Origin: Lama guanicoe
Taxonomy: Eukaryota
Reading direction: 5' to 3'
Assembly: GCA_013239625.1 (NCBI GenBank)
Contig: MU057036.1
Coordinates: forward strand, 14,978,655-15,042,654
Length of the DNA: 64,000 nt
The position numbers and the translations under genes were made by a program. Below are positions 1 to 10,630 of the stretch, piece by piece; the stretch's first letter is position 1, and each line of letters opens with the position of its first letter. The notes beneath the pieces were generated by a model. It worked only from the letters and a program-made list of their open reading frames with translations. It was not told the origin of the DNA and did no database searches.

Positions 1-2346
1 TGGGTTGTTCAGGCCTCATCCTGTCTCTCCATGTCCTGTCTGTGCTCATACCACATCCACCTTGCTGACCACTGGTATCTCTGTCTACCAGGGGTTGGAC
101 AAAAATGAAGAGAGGGTGTAAAACCCAACTTTAGCAGGTTGGTGTTGTGGCATAATAGAAAGAAGAAAAGTCAGTGAGTCTACGGGGACCATCCCATTCC
201 AGCTTTGCTAGCTTTTCTTGGGCAAGTTGCTCACCCTCCTCTTCAGAAGGAAACAGTTGATACTGACATGACATCAAAGCTCCCACCCATCATATGATCA
301 CCAAGGGCAGAGCATAAGAAATATCACACAAACTTAGATTATTTTTTAGGTGCTGTGGATTGCATTTAGTTGTGTTTAGTATCTCCCAAATTTAAAGGTA
401 GTGTGTTTAAGTCTTGGCATATATACTAATATAAGTGAGTAGACAGAGATAAAAGAAATTGAGGCCAAGGAGAAATTAACCTTGGGGCAAAGGAAAAGGA
501 CTTTGATTTAAAAAAAAAAAAAAAAGAACAGATGTCCTGTGGGAGCAGAGAGCTCCTGCCATATCCTTATGCAGATACATGGCCTTCCAGCAGGCTGGGT
601 GAGAGTGGAGCTGGGGAACATTTGATTGGTAAAGACTTTGGATACATAAACCCATGATATGATTCATTGTCTCCAACTGAGTACAAAGCGGAATGGAAGT
701 TCTGCAGAACAAATCTCCTGGAATCCACCTGGGTGGGAAGAGCACAGGACAAGGAGGCTAGAGACCCATGTTCCTTCTCTGGCTCTGTGGCTAACCAGCT
801 GGGTGACCACACTTAATCTGGCTAAACTCTGGGCCACAGTTTAATCACCCATGCAGTGAATTGTTTGGACTCTACTCCTACAAGCGTGGAAAACCTGTGA
901 TCATGCTCAGAGAGCCCTAGAAATCTCAAAGATGCTTTTCTTTGCCAGGAGCCAAAAGTGTGAGAAATTACAGCAGCTCAACCAGGAAACAACCCCCTCC
1001 CCCAACATGCACCTATGTACACATATTGTTTATCTGGGAAAGGTTGAGGCCACGCCCTATTGGATATGTATCCTCACTCCTGATCTGAAGCAACTACTTA
1101 TGAACCATAGGTGATGAGATCCCACCTGGTTATAAGCATAATTCTGACTGATTAGCCTTGGCAGTACCCAAAGAGTTTTCTGGATTTTTTTAAAGAGACA
1201 GAGCACAGTAATTCCTCAGACTATTAGGGTGGAGGTGGTTGTGTGTATGTGTGTGAAGGCCAAGTGAGAAACCTCACCAGCTGCTTCCATCAGTGGTGAA
1301 ATAGTTGTCATCTAGGATGATCTGGTTAAGAGCAGGAAAAGGCAACAGTGCCATTCAGGATAGGAAAACCAGTGGCTAAAGAAAACTACCCAGGATAATT
1401 GGGTTTATTAATCTATCTGACTTTAAATCATCTTTCCTCCACCATTTTTATAGTCTCTAAGTCTACAAATTGTTTTGAAACTCAGCCCCTCCTCCTCTGC
1501 CTCTGTCCCAAGGCTGCTGCATGATAAATAGCCCTACCTTCTCTCCCCAACCCTTCCTACATTCCTCTCCAGCCATGTCAATTCCTTCCTGAGACTAGGG
1601 TGGGAGTCTACTCAACAGTCTCTACTTGCCTGGACCTTGTGTCTAACTTCGGAAAGAACTGGTTTTAGAGAACACTCAGGGAGGGAGTGATTCCTACAGA
1701 CATACCTTTCTCAGACCAGATGTCCCCTGGAGGCAGTCCTAGCTGGACATTGAACCCTGATAACGTTTGAATGAAAGTGTAGAGGCTGTAAAGCAAAGCA
1801 AGTCCACTTTCCATATTAAGTCCTGCTGCTTCTCGGCTTTGCTGAGTCCTCTGGCCCCCAGGTTAGCTACAGTGAACATAAGAACAACCTTCCTAGCAGT
1901 TTCTGTGTTCTGGTGACAGCCTGTCCCACTGACCTCCCTGGTCAGGAGAGCATCCTTCTCTTCTGTTGGGGCTCTTACAACCAAATGTATGGCTCTTTTA
2001 TTAAGTTGCCAGGTCCTGAAAGTGAGGGAGGAAAGAAGTGGCCTGCTTTGCCTACAGTTTCAGTTTAGGAAACAGGGAAGTGGAAGAATTTATCCACGGT
2101 CCTTCTCTGCTAAAAGACTGCAAAATTCTTCAGCCACCATTGAGAAGAAACCTCCCTACTTCAAGGCTAGATTTCTGGTACCCTAAGGCTAGAAGGGATT
2201 TCTAGATCATGAAAACATCTATTGATACGGAAGGTGGCCTGGGGAGAGAGAGTAAATAACAGGCCCAAAAGATTACACATTGCAGAGCTAGTCTGGAGAA
2301 CCCCACAGAAGGCGGCTGGATCACCAATTTCCCTAGATCTCACCCC

Positions 2347-2416
2347 ACACACACACACTCACTCACTCACTCACTCACTCACTCACACTCTCCTCTCTCT
2401 CAGTCTCTTTCTCTCC
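2347..2416. repeat. Compound microsatellite (CA)n-(CTCA)n-(CT)-rich
   Basis: Directly visible: cacacacacacactcactcactcactcactcactcactcacactctcctctctct. Confidence 0.95.
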
Positions 2417-2451
2417 TTGATCATCTTCAAAAGGGACCTTCTTCGGTGGGC
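2387..2451 (-). other. Candidate spliced exon (65 nt) of an unidentified minus-strand transcript
   Basis: Minus strand reads tttactgttttttttccag|GCCCACC...GAGGAGAGT|gtgagt: strong polypyrimidine acceptor, purine-rich body, GTGAGT donor. Motif-based only. Confidence 0.35.
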
Positions 2452-3509
2452 CTGGAAAAAAAACAGTAAATCTCTCAGAGAGATAAAGAAGATTGGCAAC
2501 CTTGTGTCAGCTTCCCTTTCTTTCTTTCAAGATACTCAGTATTTCACTTTGCCCAGGAAATAGAGAAGAAGAAAAGAGAATCAGATGTTGTTATAAAGAA
2601 AACAAAGCAAATAAAGAAATCTGCTTTTTAAGGAAAAGTGCTTGCTTGTATGTGTGTGTGTGTCTGTGTGTCCAGGGCCATGTATTTTTTGGAGTAAGCT
2701 ATATAAAAATGTAAGCGGCCTTTTCATTAAGTGAAACACAGAGAACAAGGCCTTCTTAACCTGTCCCAGTCCTTAAAAACCTTAAAAATCAGTGTGAAGA
2801 TAAGTGATTCACTCTGCCTCAGATCCCGGGGCTCTGCTCTGCCCTCTATCCTGCAGAATATTCTCTATTCTGTTTCCTTTAGGCTTCTTTTGGCGTATCT
2901 CTCTTCCATTATTAGTCATTCTAATAAACACTTCTAATAAACACAAATCCAGGATGCTGCTTTTGGGCTCTTGTGCTGCCTTTATCAAAGGCTGATACCT
3001 GCATTAACTTTGTCATCTGTCTTGAAGAAACCCAGCTGAGGTCCTTAACATATTCTGTTGCAAGCCGTGATATAATGGACGTATTTCGTGTACATTCTCA
3101 TGTTAAATGGAATCTGCATCCCTAAGCGAACTAAAAATGCTTAATTATTAATAAGTCCCCGAGGGATTGGTGACATTTGGGATGATTTTATCATGCTGCA
3201 GATATTTAACGACATAATGTGTATGGTGGTAGTCTTTCGTTTAAAAGAACGTTCCTTCCCAATTCGTTTTGACTTCTGTGCCATGGGGATTAGTCCCTGA
3301 ATATCCAGCCCCAGGTGGAGGCAGAGGGGAGTCCTGAGGAATGGGGTGGGATTGAAGCTGGGGCAGTGCAGGGAAGACCAGGAAAAGGCCCCAAGGAGCT
3401 GCCTCCTGGGAGTTGGAATTGGTTTGGGGTAGACTGCAAATGAGGTGCTTCTGTTCACGTAGAGGCAGTGGTGGCAATAGATGGAAGTTTCTGGAAAGTC
3501 TAGGGATCA

Positions 3510-3920
3510 CAGGACTAAGTTCCAGGTTTACGTGTCACACCAATTTGCTGTGTGACTCTGAGCAAATTACTTAACCTTTCAGAGACAGAGTTTTCCCATA
3601 TATTTAGCAAGAATAATTACATACCTCTTAGCTACCATATTGAATTGTGTGCAGTATATATGAAAGTATTTCCAACAGTTAAAGCACTTTATAAGAAATA
3701 TATTTGAAGATGGTGAAGAAGGAAAAAGCATTTACTAAGCACCCTCTATGTACTAGGGATTGTGTTCGAAACTTTTACAAACATGAAGCCATTTAATCTT
3801 AGTGAAAAAATCTGAGATAGGCCTGATTACCCCACTGACAGAGAAGAAATTTGAGGCTCAGAGATGTTGCCTAAGGTCACAAAGCTAGTGAGTGGTGGAG
3901 CCTGCTGGAAAACCTAGAGA
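3510..3920. mobile_element. Two MIR SINE fragments in opposite orientation
   Basis: MIR core motifs tgtgtgactctgagcaaattacttaacctttc (+) and gaagaaatttgaggctcagaga...cctaaggtcacaaagctagtgagtgg (-). Confidence 0.8.
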
Positions 3921-4910
3921 TAAGGTATGAAAGTACACAATATGTAAAAGGAAAATGGGTCACAACTGCAATTTTTAAGTAGAAATGTTGTCAACCTAAG
4001 CATTTAGTTGACTTATACACGATGATATGCATTATCACAACGTATGAACATTCACATGAAAATTTCATTATTTTGTCATCAGCTTATTTCTCTGCACAGT
4101 CTGATATTAAGGAAGGAAAATCTCTAAGTATAGTGTCAAAATAGGTTATTAAAGAAAGTAAACATTTAGGTTTATATGATCTTGATCTGTTAGCAGTTGA
4201 TGGACTGATCACAGGGGGCTTTCCTCTCATCACTTCCTTGTTTCTGGCACATCACTGTGAGTTTTCACCTCCAGTGGTAACACTCGTCTCTCCTCCATTT
4301 CTGCTCAGGCCCTGGGCTCTGCGTAGGATGGAGATCCCATTTGCACTCAAATGCTGTGGGTCCTGGTTTTCAGTGTTTGGCCTGGAGATAAAGTTATTGG
4401 CTGTTTATGAAAGAGACACGGTGGAGCAGGGTTAGGAGCAAGAGACCAGAAGCCAGTCCCTCACCTGCTCCCTCAGTGACCTCGCTTCACCTCTTCATGC
4501 TTCATTTTCTCCATCTGTTGGTGAAAGAGTGATACACGATACGTGGCTCTCAGAGTGTCAGAAACATCTTTGTAAAGCACTGGGATATGCTAGAAGGGGC
4601 CTGAAAGACTTCATGCTTCCCTTTACGTGGTAAAATAAAACCCCATCCGATGGGTGAAAAATTACAGAACGTATATTTTTTAAATGAGAAGACGATCTTA
4701 CACCTGAAAAAGGCCTTGCATGTCTTTATCAGTGGCTGCTGTACCATGAACCTCAGGTCAAAGGTAGGACCTAAATTGTTTAAATAATAAACGAATAAGC
4801 CTAAGCATGTACAAGATGCACATGTGGCTGCTGTCATTCATACTAGTTTACTCTCCTACTACAAAATGGATTTCTATTACTTTTAACATTCTCTGAGTGC
4901 TTGTTCTCAC

Positions 4911-4924
4911 CGTGCACGCACGCG

Positions 4925-4971
<47 letters not shown>
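4911..4971. repeat. (CG)6(CA)19 alternating purine-pyrimidine microsatellite
   Basis: cgtgcacgca(cg)6(ca)19 seen directly. Confidence 0.95.
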
Positions 4972-4974
<3 letters not shown>

Positions 4975-5135
4975 CCCTCATGGTAGATTAGCAGCAAGAT
5001 GGGATCATCACCCCTATTTTATAGATGAGAAAACTCAAACCAGGAGAAGTAAATGGATTGCCAAGTCCACACGGATAATTAAGGACAGAGTTAGGAAAAT
5101 AATCTGTCTCCTGTCTCAAAATCTGGTGCTTAATC
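4975..5135 (-). mobile_element. MIR SINE
   Basis: ccctattttatagatgagaaaactcaaaccaggagaagtaaatggattgccaagtccacac matches the MIR core in antisense. Confidence 0.75.
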
Positions 5136-5216
5136 CTCTCGACTTCATTTTTTTATAATCCTGAAGACCAAACTTTTTTCTCTTTCTGTTCTTGTACATC
5201 TTTGTTCTCCACTTAC

Positions 5217-5308
5217 CGACAGGACAGGGCTGTCGGTGCCTTCTTCCACTCCTCCTCTGGGAACGGAGCCCTCTAAAGCAACACATCCCTGATGTCCTCG
5301 AGCAAGGT
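5217..5308 (-). other. Candidate spliced exon (92 nt) of an unidentified minus-strand transcript
   Basis: Minus strand ctttcactttaccgcag|ACCTTGC...CCTGTCG|gtaagt; CpG-retaining non-repeat sequence. Confidence 0.45.
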
Positions 5309-6599
5309 CTGCGGTAAAGTGAAAGCTCAGACATGACTGTTCGCTTGTTAAGCTTGTTCCTCATTGCAAGCCCCAAGAAAAACCTGCCCCAAATCACATT
5401 ACCCAGGCTCTGGGATCTCCCAGCTGCTCTAAGTGGAAGAGCCAGTCGAGCTGCACAAGTTATATTCAGGCTGTAATAGCTGCGTCGTGATGCTCTCACA
5501 GACAAGCATTTGCTTTGTATGTGCTTCTAAAGTGTACCCAGGCTTACGCACCAGAAGGACGAGCGTGGGTTGAGCACCAAAGAGCAGTTTAAACTGATAT
5601 TCTTTTCCCTTCCTGTGGGGAATTAAATTGCAAAGATTATCAGAGACTGATGAAGAAACAGAAAAGCCGCAGCTGATGAGGCACTAACCCCATTTTTAAC
5701 ACACATTCAAGAGTGACTAGTACTCTGCATGCTCCTTGCCAATCCAGGTAGCTTCAAAATTCCTTCCAAGGATGAACCTTCCCGCCCCCATCCCCATGCC
5801 CAGTATCACTCTGCAAAAAAGTTCTACTGAGATTTTTAACCAGGGAGACAAAGGAGGCTGCAAAGGGGAACCCCAGCATGATGGATAGACGGCTGGCCTG
5901 CTGCTGCTGCTGCCCAAGGTCTGGCGGGTGAAGCTCAGATGGAGAGGATGGGCCCTCTCGAAGATGCTTCTGTCTTCCCCACTTTAGCTGCTACTGCCAG
6001 GGCCAGCATCCCTGAGAAGTTGCCCTGTAAAATGAGCAGCTACTTTTCAATAGCTGGCTCCCAGCTGCTCCCCACCTCTGTGGCTGCTGTTGACCCGACA
6101 GAGCCAGCCTGGCTCGGCTCTCCATGCTGAAGACCTATTGGGAGCCCAAGCTGGAAGGCACAGGTGAGCAGAAGCAATGTGGGTAGTCTGGGTGGCATGC
6201 CTGCCCCACCTGCAGAGTCTCCTCCAGCTTTGGGTTGATGGGGTGAGAAATTTGAGGGTTGGGTGTTCTTCCCAAACATCTCAGTCTCTCTTCCTTTTCC
6301 TGTATAGCCCGCACCCCTTCACCCACCCTAAAGCCCTGCCTGGAAACAGAACACTGCAGCTGGCCCTGCCCCCAGGAGCCAGAAGGGCCAGGTCTGGCTC
6401 GGAGCCAGGCTCTGAAGAACCGACAGAGGGCAGAGAGAGGCGATGGGTGGGGCATGCGTTACACATTCAAAGCCTAATTTTGGATCAGTCATACTTGTAG
6501 CCAAGCCTTAAAGATCACTGAGGCCCCAAGATGAACCCACAGCTCGGAGGGGGGTCCTGGGTGAATCCTCAGCTCTCTTGCCCACACACTGCTCTCCTT

Positions 6600-7900
6600 A
6601 GTTAGAGCAGCTCAGTCAGGCTTGTTTGGATTTTCACTGGTGGTTTTTTTAAAGCAACATCAATTGTCTCTCTGGCGCTAGCTGAGGGCAGGGTGCATGT
6701 CCCACACTCATCTCGCTGTCCACGATCACAAGACTGCCCCCGCTGAGATGCTGACCGGAAGCCGGGGTCTCATGCCCCTGCCCCCCAGCTTAGGCCTAGG
6801 ACATGCCATCCTGCTTTGAGGTGGCACCAGCACAGACAATAGGCCAGCAGGGAGAGGGCAGCCACAGGTGATGGAGCGGGCGCCTTCCTCTGAACAGTAA
6901 AAATGACCCTCTCTGACATGAAAGAGAGAAGAGACAGCTGGCCTCTGGGAGCTACTGGAGCAAGAAGGGAGGGCTGCTCTCGCTTCTTCCAAGGGTGTGG
7001 GCACTTCCTTCGGAGGATTGGCGGCTGCCAAGAGCAGGCTGTTGCCTCCCTGGAACTCCGGGTATCAGGATGCTTGTTTGCAGAGCTGGCCGGCCNNNNN
7101 NNNNNNNNNNNNNNNNNNNNNNNNNNNNNNNNNNNNNNNNNNNNNNNNNNNNNNNNNNNNNNNNNNNNNNNNNNNNNNNNNNNNNNNNNNNNNNNNNNNN
7201 NNNNNNNNNNNNNNNNNNNNNNNNNNNNNNNNNNNNNNNNNNNNNNNNNNNNNNNNNNNNGAAGACAGCAGAAAGAAAGGGCACAAGCTGCTCCCACCGC
7301 TCCCTGGGCTGAATACGGAGAAACCCGTGTCTGCACACCAAGGACCCCAGCTCTTGTTCCCAGACTTAGAACCAAAGTCTGTGCCCCTGAACAGCCTTCT
7401 GACTTTTTTTTCCAAAGCTGTACCTGCTGAACGCTGGATTTCAAGAAGTGTGCCGGGCTGACATATTGAATAGCACTCCTCAGCTGTTTAATCTAAATTG
7501 ACTGCATCTTTGTAGCAGCTGGCCACAGGGAAAAACAAAAGAATTCATGATGAAAAAGGCAAATCTCTCCTGACTAGCAAGTGCTGCAGCCAGAGCAGCC
7601 GCTGTTAAACATTTCGGTACCATGCTTAATGCCGTGCCCAGATGCGGACATCGGGGGGGGGGAGGAAAAACAGCAACTTTACAGAAGTGAAATGTGGGTT
7701 AATTTACAAGTTTTTTTTTTTCTCCCGGAAGGAGAAAAACTTATTAATGCCTGGTTCTTTATACTTTCCAAGATTTCTCTGGTGTTTCCTAATTAGAAGG
7801 TAGATGGGAAATGAACCTAAGGGAGCAAGTGGGGAAAAGGAGCGGGGGGGACTGTCTTCCTGCTGCTGTTTGGCGCCCGCAGCCTCACACCAGCAGGGAT
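6600..7900. promoter_or_regulatory. GC-richer, CpG-retaining, repeat-free segment around N gap 7096-7260; possible promoter/enhancer
   Basis: Elevated GC and CpG relative to flanks; gap is entered through ggccggcc; no repeat motifs recognised. Confidence 0.35.
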
Positions 7901-8160
7901 CTCCCCTCACACTTTCAGAGGCTCCCATAGGTTTCTCCCATTTCTCGGCATTTCCTTCCTGCCTTCCATCAGGAGGTTGCCTGCAGCATTCACAGGGCTT
8001 GGAGTCCCCCAACAAAGTATTCAAAATCCTGTGTTTTTGCCAGCTCAGGGAACAATTTCAAGGCTCATATCAGACCAGCCCAGTGGACAGGCCTGAGATT
8101 CCCGTGGCCTCGTGATGACCCCTTTCCACTTGTACAACTCCTGATTTATGTCGCTTTAAA

Positions 8161-8345
8161 GGGGCGGGTGACTTACCTGGTATAAGGCACCCTTGATGTA
8201 TAAAAGTAACAGCCATGCACCATGACATGTGATTGGCTTGGGCTGGTCAATGAGGAGGCAATTTCATTATCTTTCCCCCTTGTCCATTGCTTCGCACATG
8301 GTTACTTGACATGCTATCCATCAGGAGGCGTGAATGCAGGTAAGT
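8161..8345. promoter_or_regulatory. Candidate (bidirectional) promoter flanked by two outward-facing consensus 5' splice sites
   Basis: GGGGCGGG 8161-8168, TATAAAAG 8199-8206, ATTGG (CCAAT on -) 8232-8236; CAG|GTAAGT on - (8179-8171) and on + (8337-8345). Confidence 0.45.
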
Positions 8346-8614
8346 GCCAGCCTGTGTGTGGGCATGGCAGCCTTGTTCCTGAGTGATTAATGGAAATGCA
8401 TGATGACACTGTTCTCTTTGGGACTGATTGCTAGAATCTCCTTATTGCCTGGGTGGAGATATTATGGCGACAGGTCAGAAGGATTTTTCCAGTAGGATCC
8501 AAGTGGGCATTATTTTTAATTCCGTTTCCTCTTTTTCTTCCACATCAGATTTTACATTTTCTAAACACACACAGACACACAGACATATACATACTGTTAA
8601 TTCTTAGAGCCATG

Positions 8615-8812
8615 AGTGCACATACAGTAGCCACTAGCCATTTATGACAATTTAAATTAATTAAAATGAAGTAAAATTGAAAATTCAGTTCTTCAGTCAT
8701 TCTGAGAATATTTCAAGTGCTCTGCAGCCACATGAGGCTGGGGGCTACTGTACTGGACAACACAGAGTTACCGAACATTTCCATCACTGCAGAAAGTTCT
8801 ATCAGACAGCCT
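8615..8812 (-). mobile_element. hAT-Charlie MITE, MER3/MER33-like
   Basis: gtagccactagcca...aaaattcagttcttcagtc...atttcaagtgctc...gccacatg...aacatttccatcactgcagaaagttctat is the MER3 motif set in antisense. Confidence 0.85.
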
Positions 8813-10452
8813 ATCCTAGAGTATCTATTTGCTCTTATATCTCAAGACTCTCATCCCTTTCACAATCCTTTACCATTAGTTTTTATGAAGGTGACAATTA
8901 TTTTTTTCTTTAACGACAACTTAAATCAAACTAATTAGCTCCTTTTAGGCTCTTAAGGGAAAGTTCCCCAGCTGCTGGGCTGGTAAAACCTTCTCAAATA
9001 GTTGAACAGGGTGTGGCGTCACAGACATTGAAAGGACCTAAAGTCCACAGGATTTTAGTCTCAGGCAGTCTTGACCCTAACCTATTCCTGTAGATAATTT
9101 TCCTAGACAGTCCTTAATCATCATAGGAGAAGCTACTGCAAGGCTAAGTGGTGAGTCAAGAAAGATACCAGGGTATCTCCATAAAAATTTGCACAATAAC
9201 TAGAGAGTAATAAATCCTTTAGAACTACAAGGTAGACCACACTGCAAGTTCCTGCAGCTAGGCTTTGAAGTTAGGCAGAGATGCACAGAGCAATGAAGCA
9301 CTTTGATGCAGCTGGAAGCACCTTCAAAGCTTCTGGGGGAGAGATTAGACAGCTACCTGTAACCGATTGTTCAGGTCTTTGTGTGTGTGTTGGTGGAGGC
9401 GGGGCCTGGACCACACAAAAATTAAACAAACCGCAAGCTACGCTGGAAGCACTGTCCCAAAACTACCTACAACCACAGGAAGGATATTGAACACTTTTGC
9501 TGGAAACTTAAAAATTCCACTCAGAACTTTTATTTACTTCTTTTATTTTCTGATTTAGAACAGAATCTCACTGGCAACTGGTATATCCTCTTGACCTTAA
9601 AATTTTGACATTTCAAATCCTTTTTTTGAAAAATTTCCAAACCTGCTTTATTCTCATCTTTAACTGGCATGATACACTTTGTATCTTATCAACAAGTTAG
9701 ACAGCCTGAATGCAAACTATATTCTGAGCCTCCTCCAATTTAATTTAAGATGAAAGTGTCCACAGTACAGGCTCCATGACCGTGTTATTACACGCAGATT
9801 CTTAGGGACTTTCATTTGGCTGCATTGTGGTGAGGGTATGGGTGGGTGACGGCACATTCCTGGAAGCAGATGAACAGGATATTACCCAAGTCGCTTCTTA
9901 GTCCAAGCTACTCTGTCACAAAGCAGCTGTTAGGTGTCACAGCCACAAACCTGGGCTACCCACTGGCCTGATTTTCCCACTTCTCTCAAGGAATAAATGT
10001 AGACCTGGCCTTGTTCGAAAGTAAAAGCTGAAACAGAGAGGGAGAATAGGAAAGAGACAAGACTCGTCAATCCAGCTTGGGAAGTTTCAGAGGATAGGAG
10101 TTAGAAATGTTTCTGAATTCGAGATCCTGGCCCTTTCTTTCCAACGCCAGTAGGGAATGTGGGTGGGACTAGGGGAAAGGAGTCCTGCTGAAGTTTCGGG
10201 AAGATCCTGTGGGGGCGGTCTCCTGATCAGGGAGGCAGGGAGACAGTGTGACAAAAGCTGCCAGCCTGGATACCAATAAGACCTAGTCCCTTTTCAGCCT
10301 TATCCCATGCCAGGGGGCAGACCCCGTCTTGGAGGGAATCAGCTCCAGGCCTAAGCAGCACCTCTGACAGGGTGGTTTGGCCCCTTTCAGAGTTGCTGAG
10401 CCTCCTGTGGCAGCGACACATCTGGGGCTACAACTTTCTTACTCGCTCTCTC

Positions 10453-10630
10453 TTTTTTTTAAATTTAAGTCTAGTTGATTTATAAAGTTGTGTTAGTTTC
10501 TAGTATACAGCATACTGATTCAGTTATACATACATACATATATATACACTCTTTCATTATAGGCCATTACAAGCTCTTTGTGCTGTGGAGTAGGACCTTG
10601 CTGTTATCTATTTTGTATATAATAGTATCT
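10453..10630 (-). mobile_element. Short 5'-truncated young L1 3'UTR (cetartiodactyl/camelid type)
   Basis: T-run then gttgtgttagtttctagtatacagcatactgattcagttataca...taggaccttgctgttatctatttt, homologous to the 18494 copy. Confidence 0.8.

Noticed and set aside
6770-7461. Long ORFs (105-224 aa) in several frames
   Set aside because: Their length comes from reading through the 165-nt N gap; the flanking peptides resemble nothing I know
8171-8180. acttacctgg, identical to the 5' end of U1 snRNA
   Set aside because: Following sequence does not continue as U1; it is the reverse complement of a consensus 5' splice site
10305-10322. CTCF-like AGGGGGCAG (also near 41972 and 59352)
   Set aside because: The 5' half of the consensus does not match; at chance level
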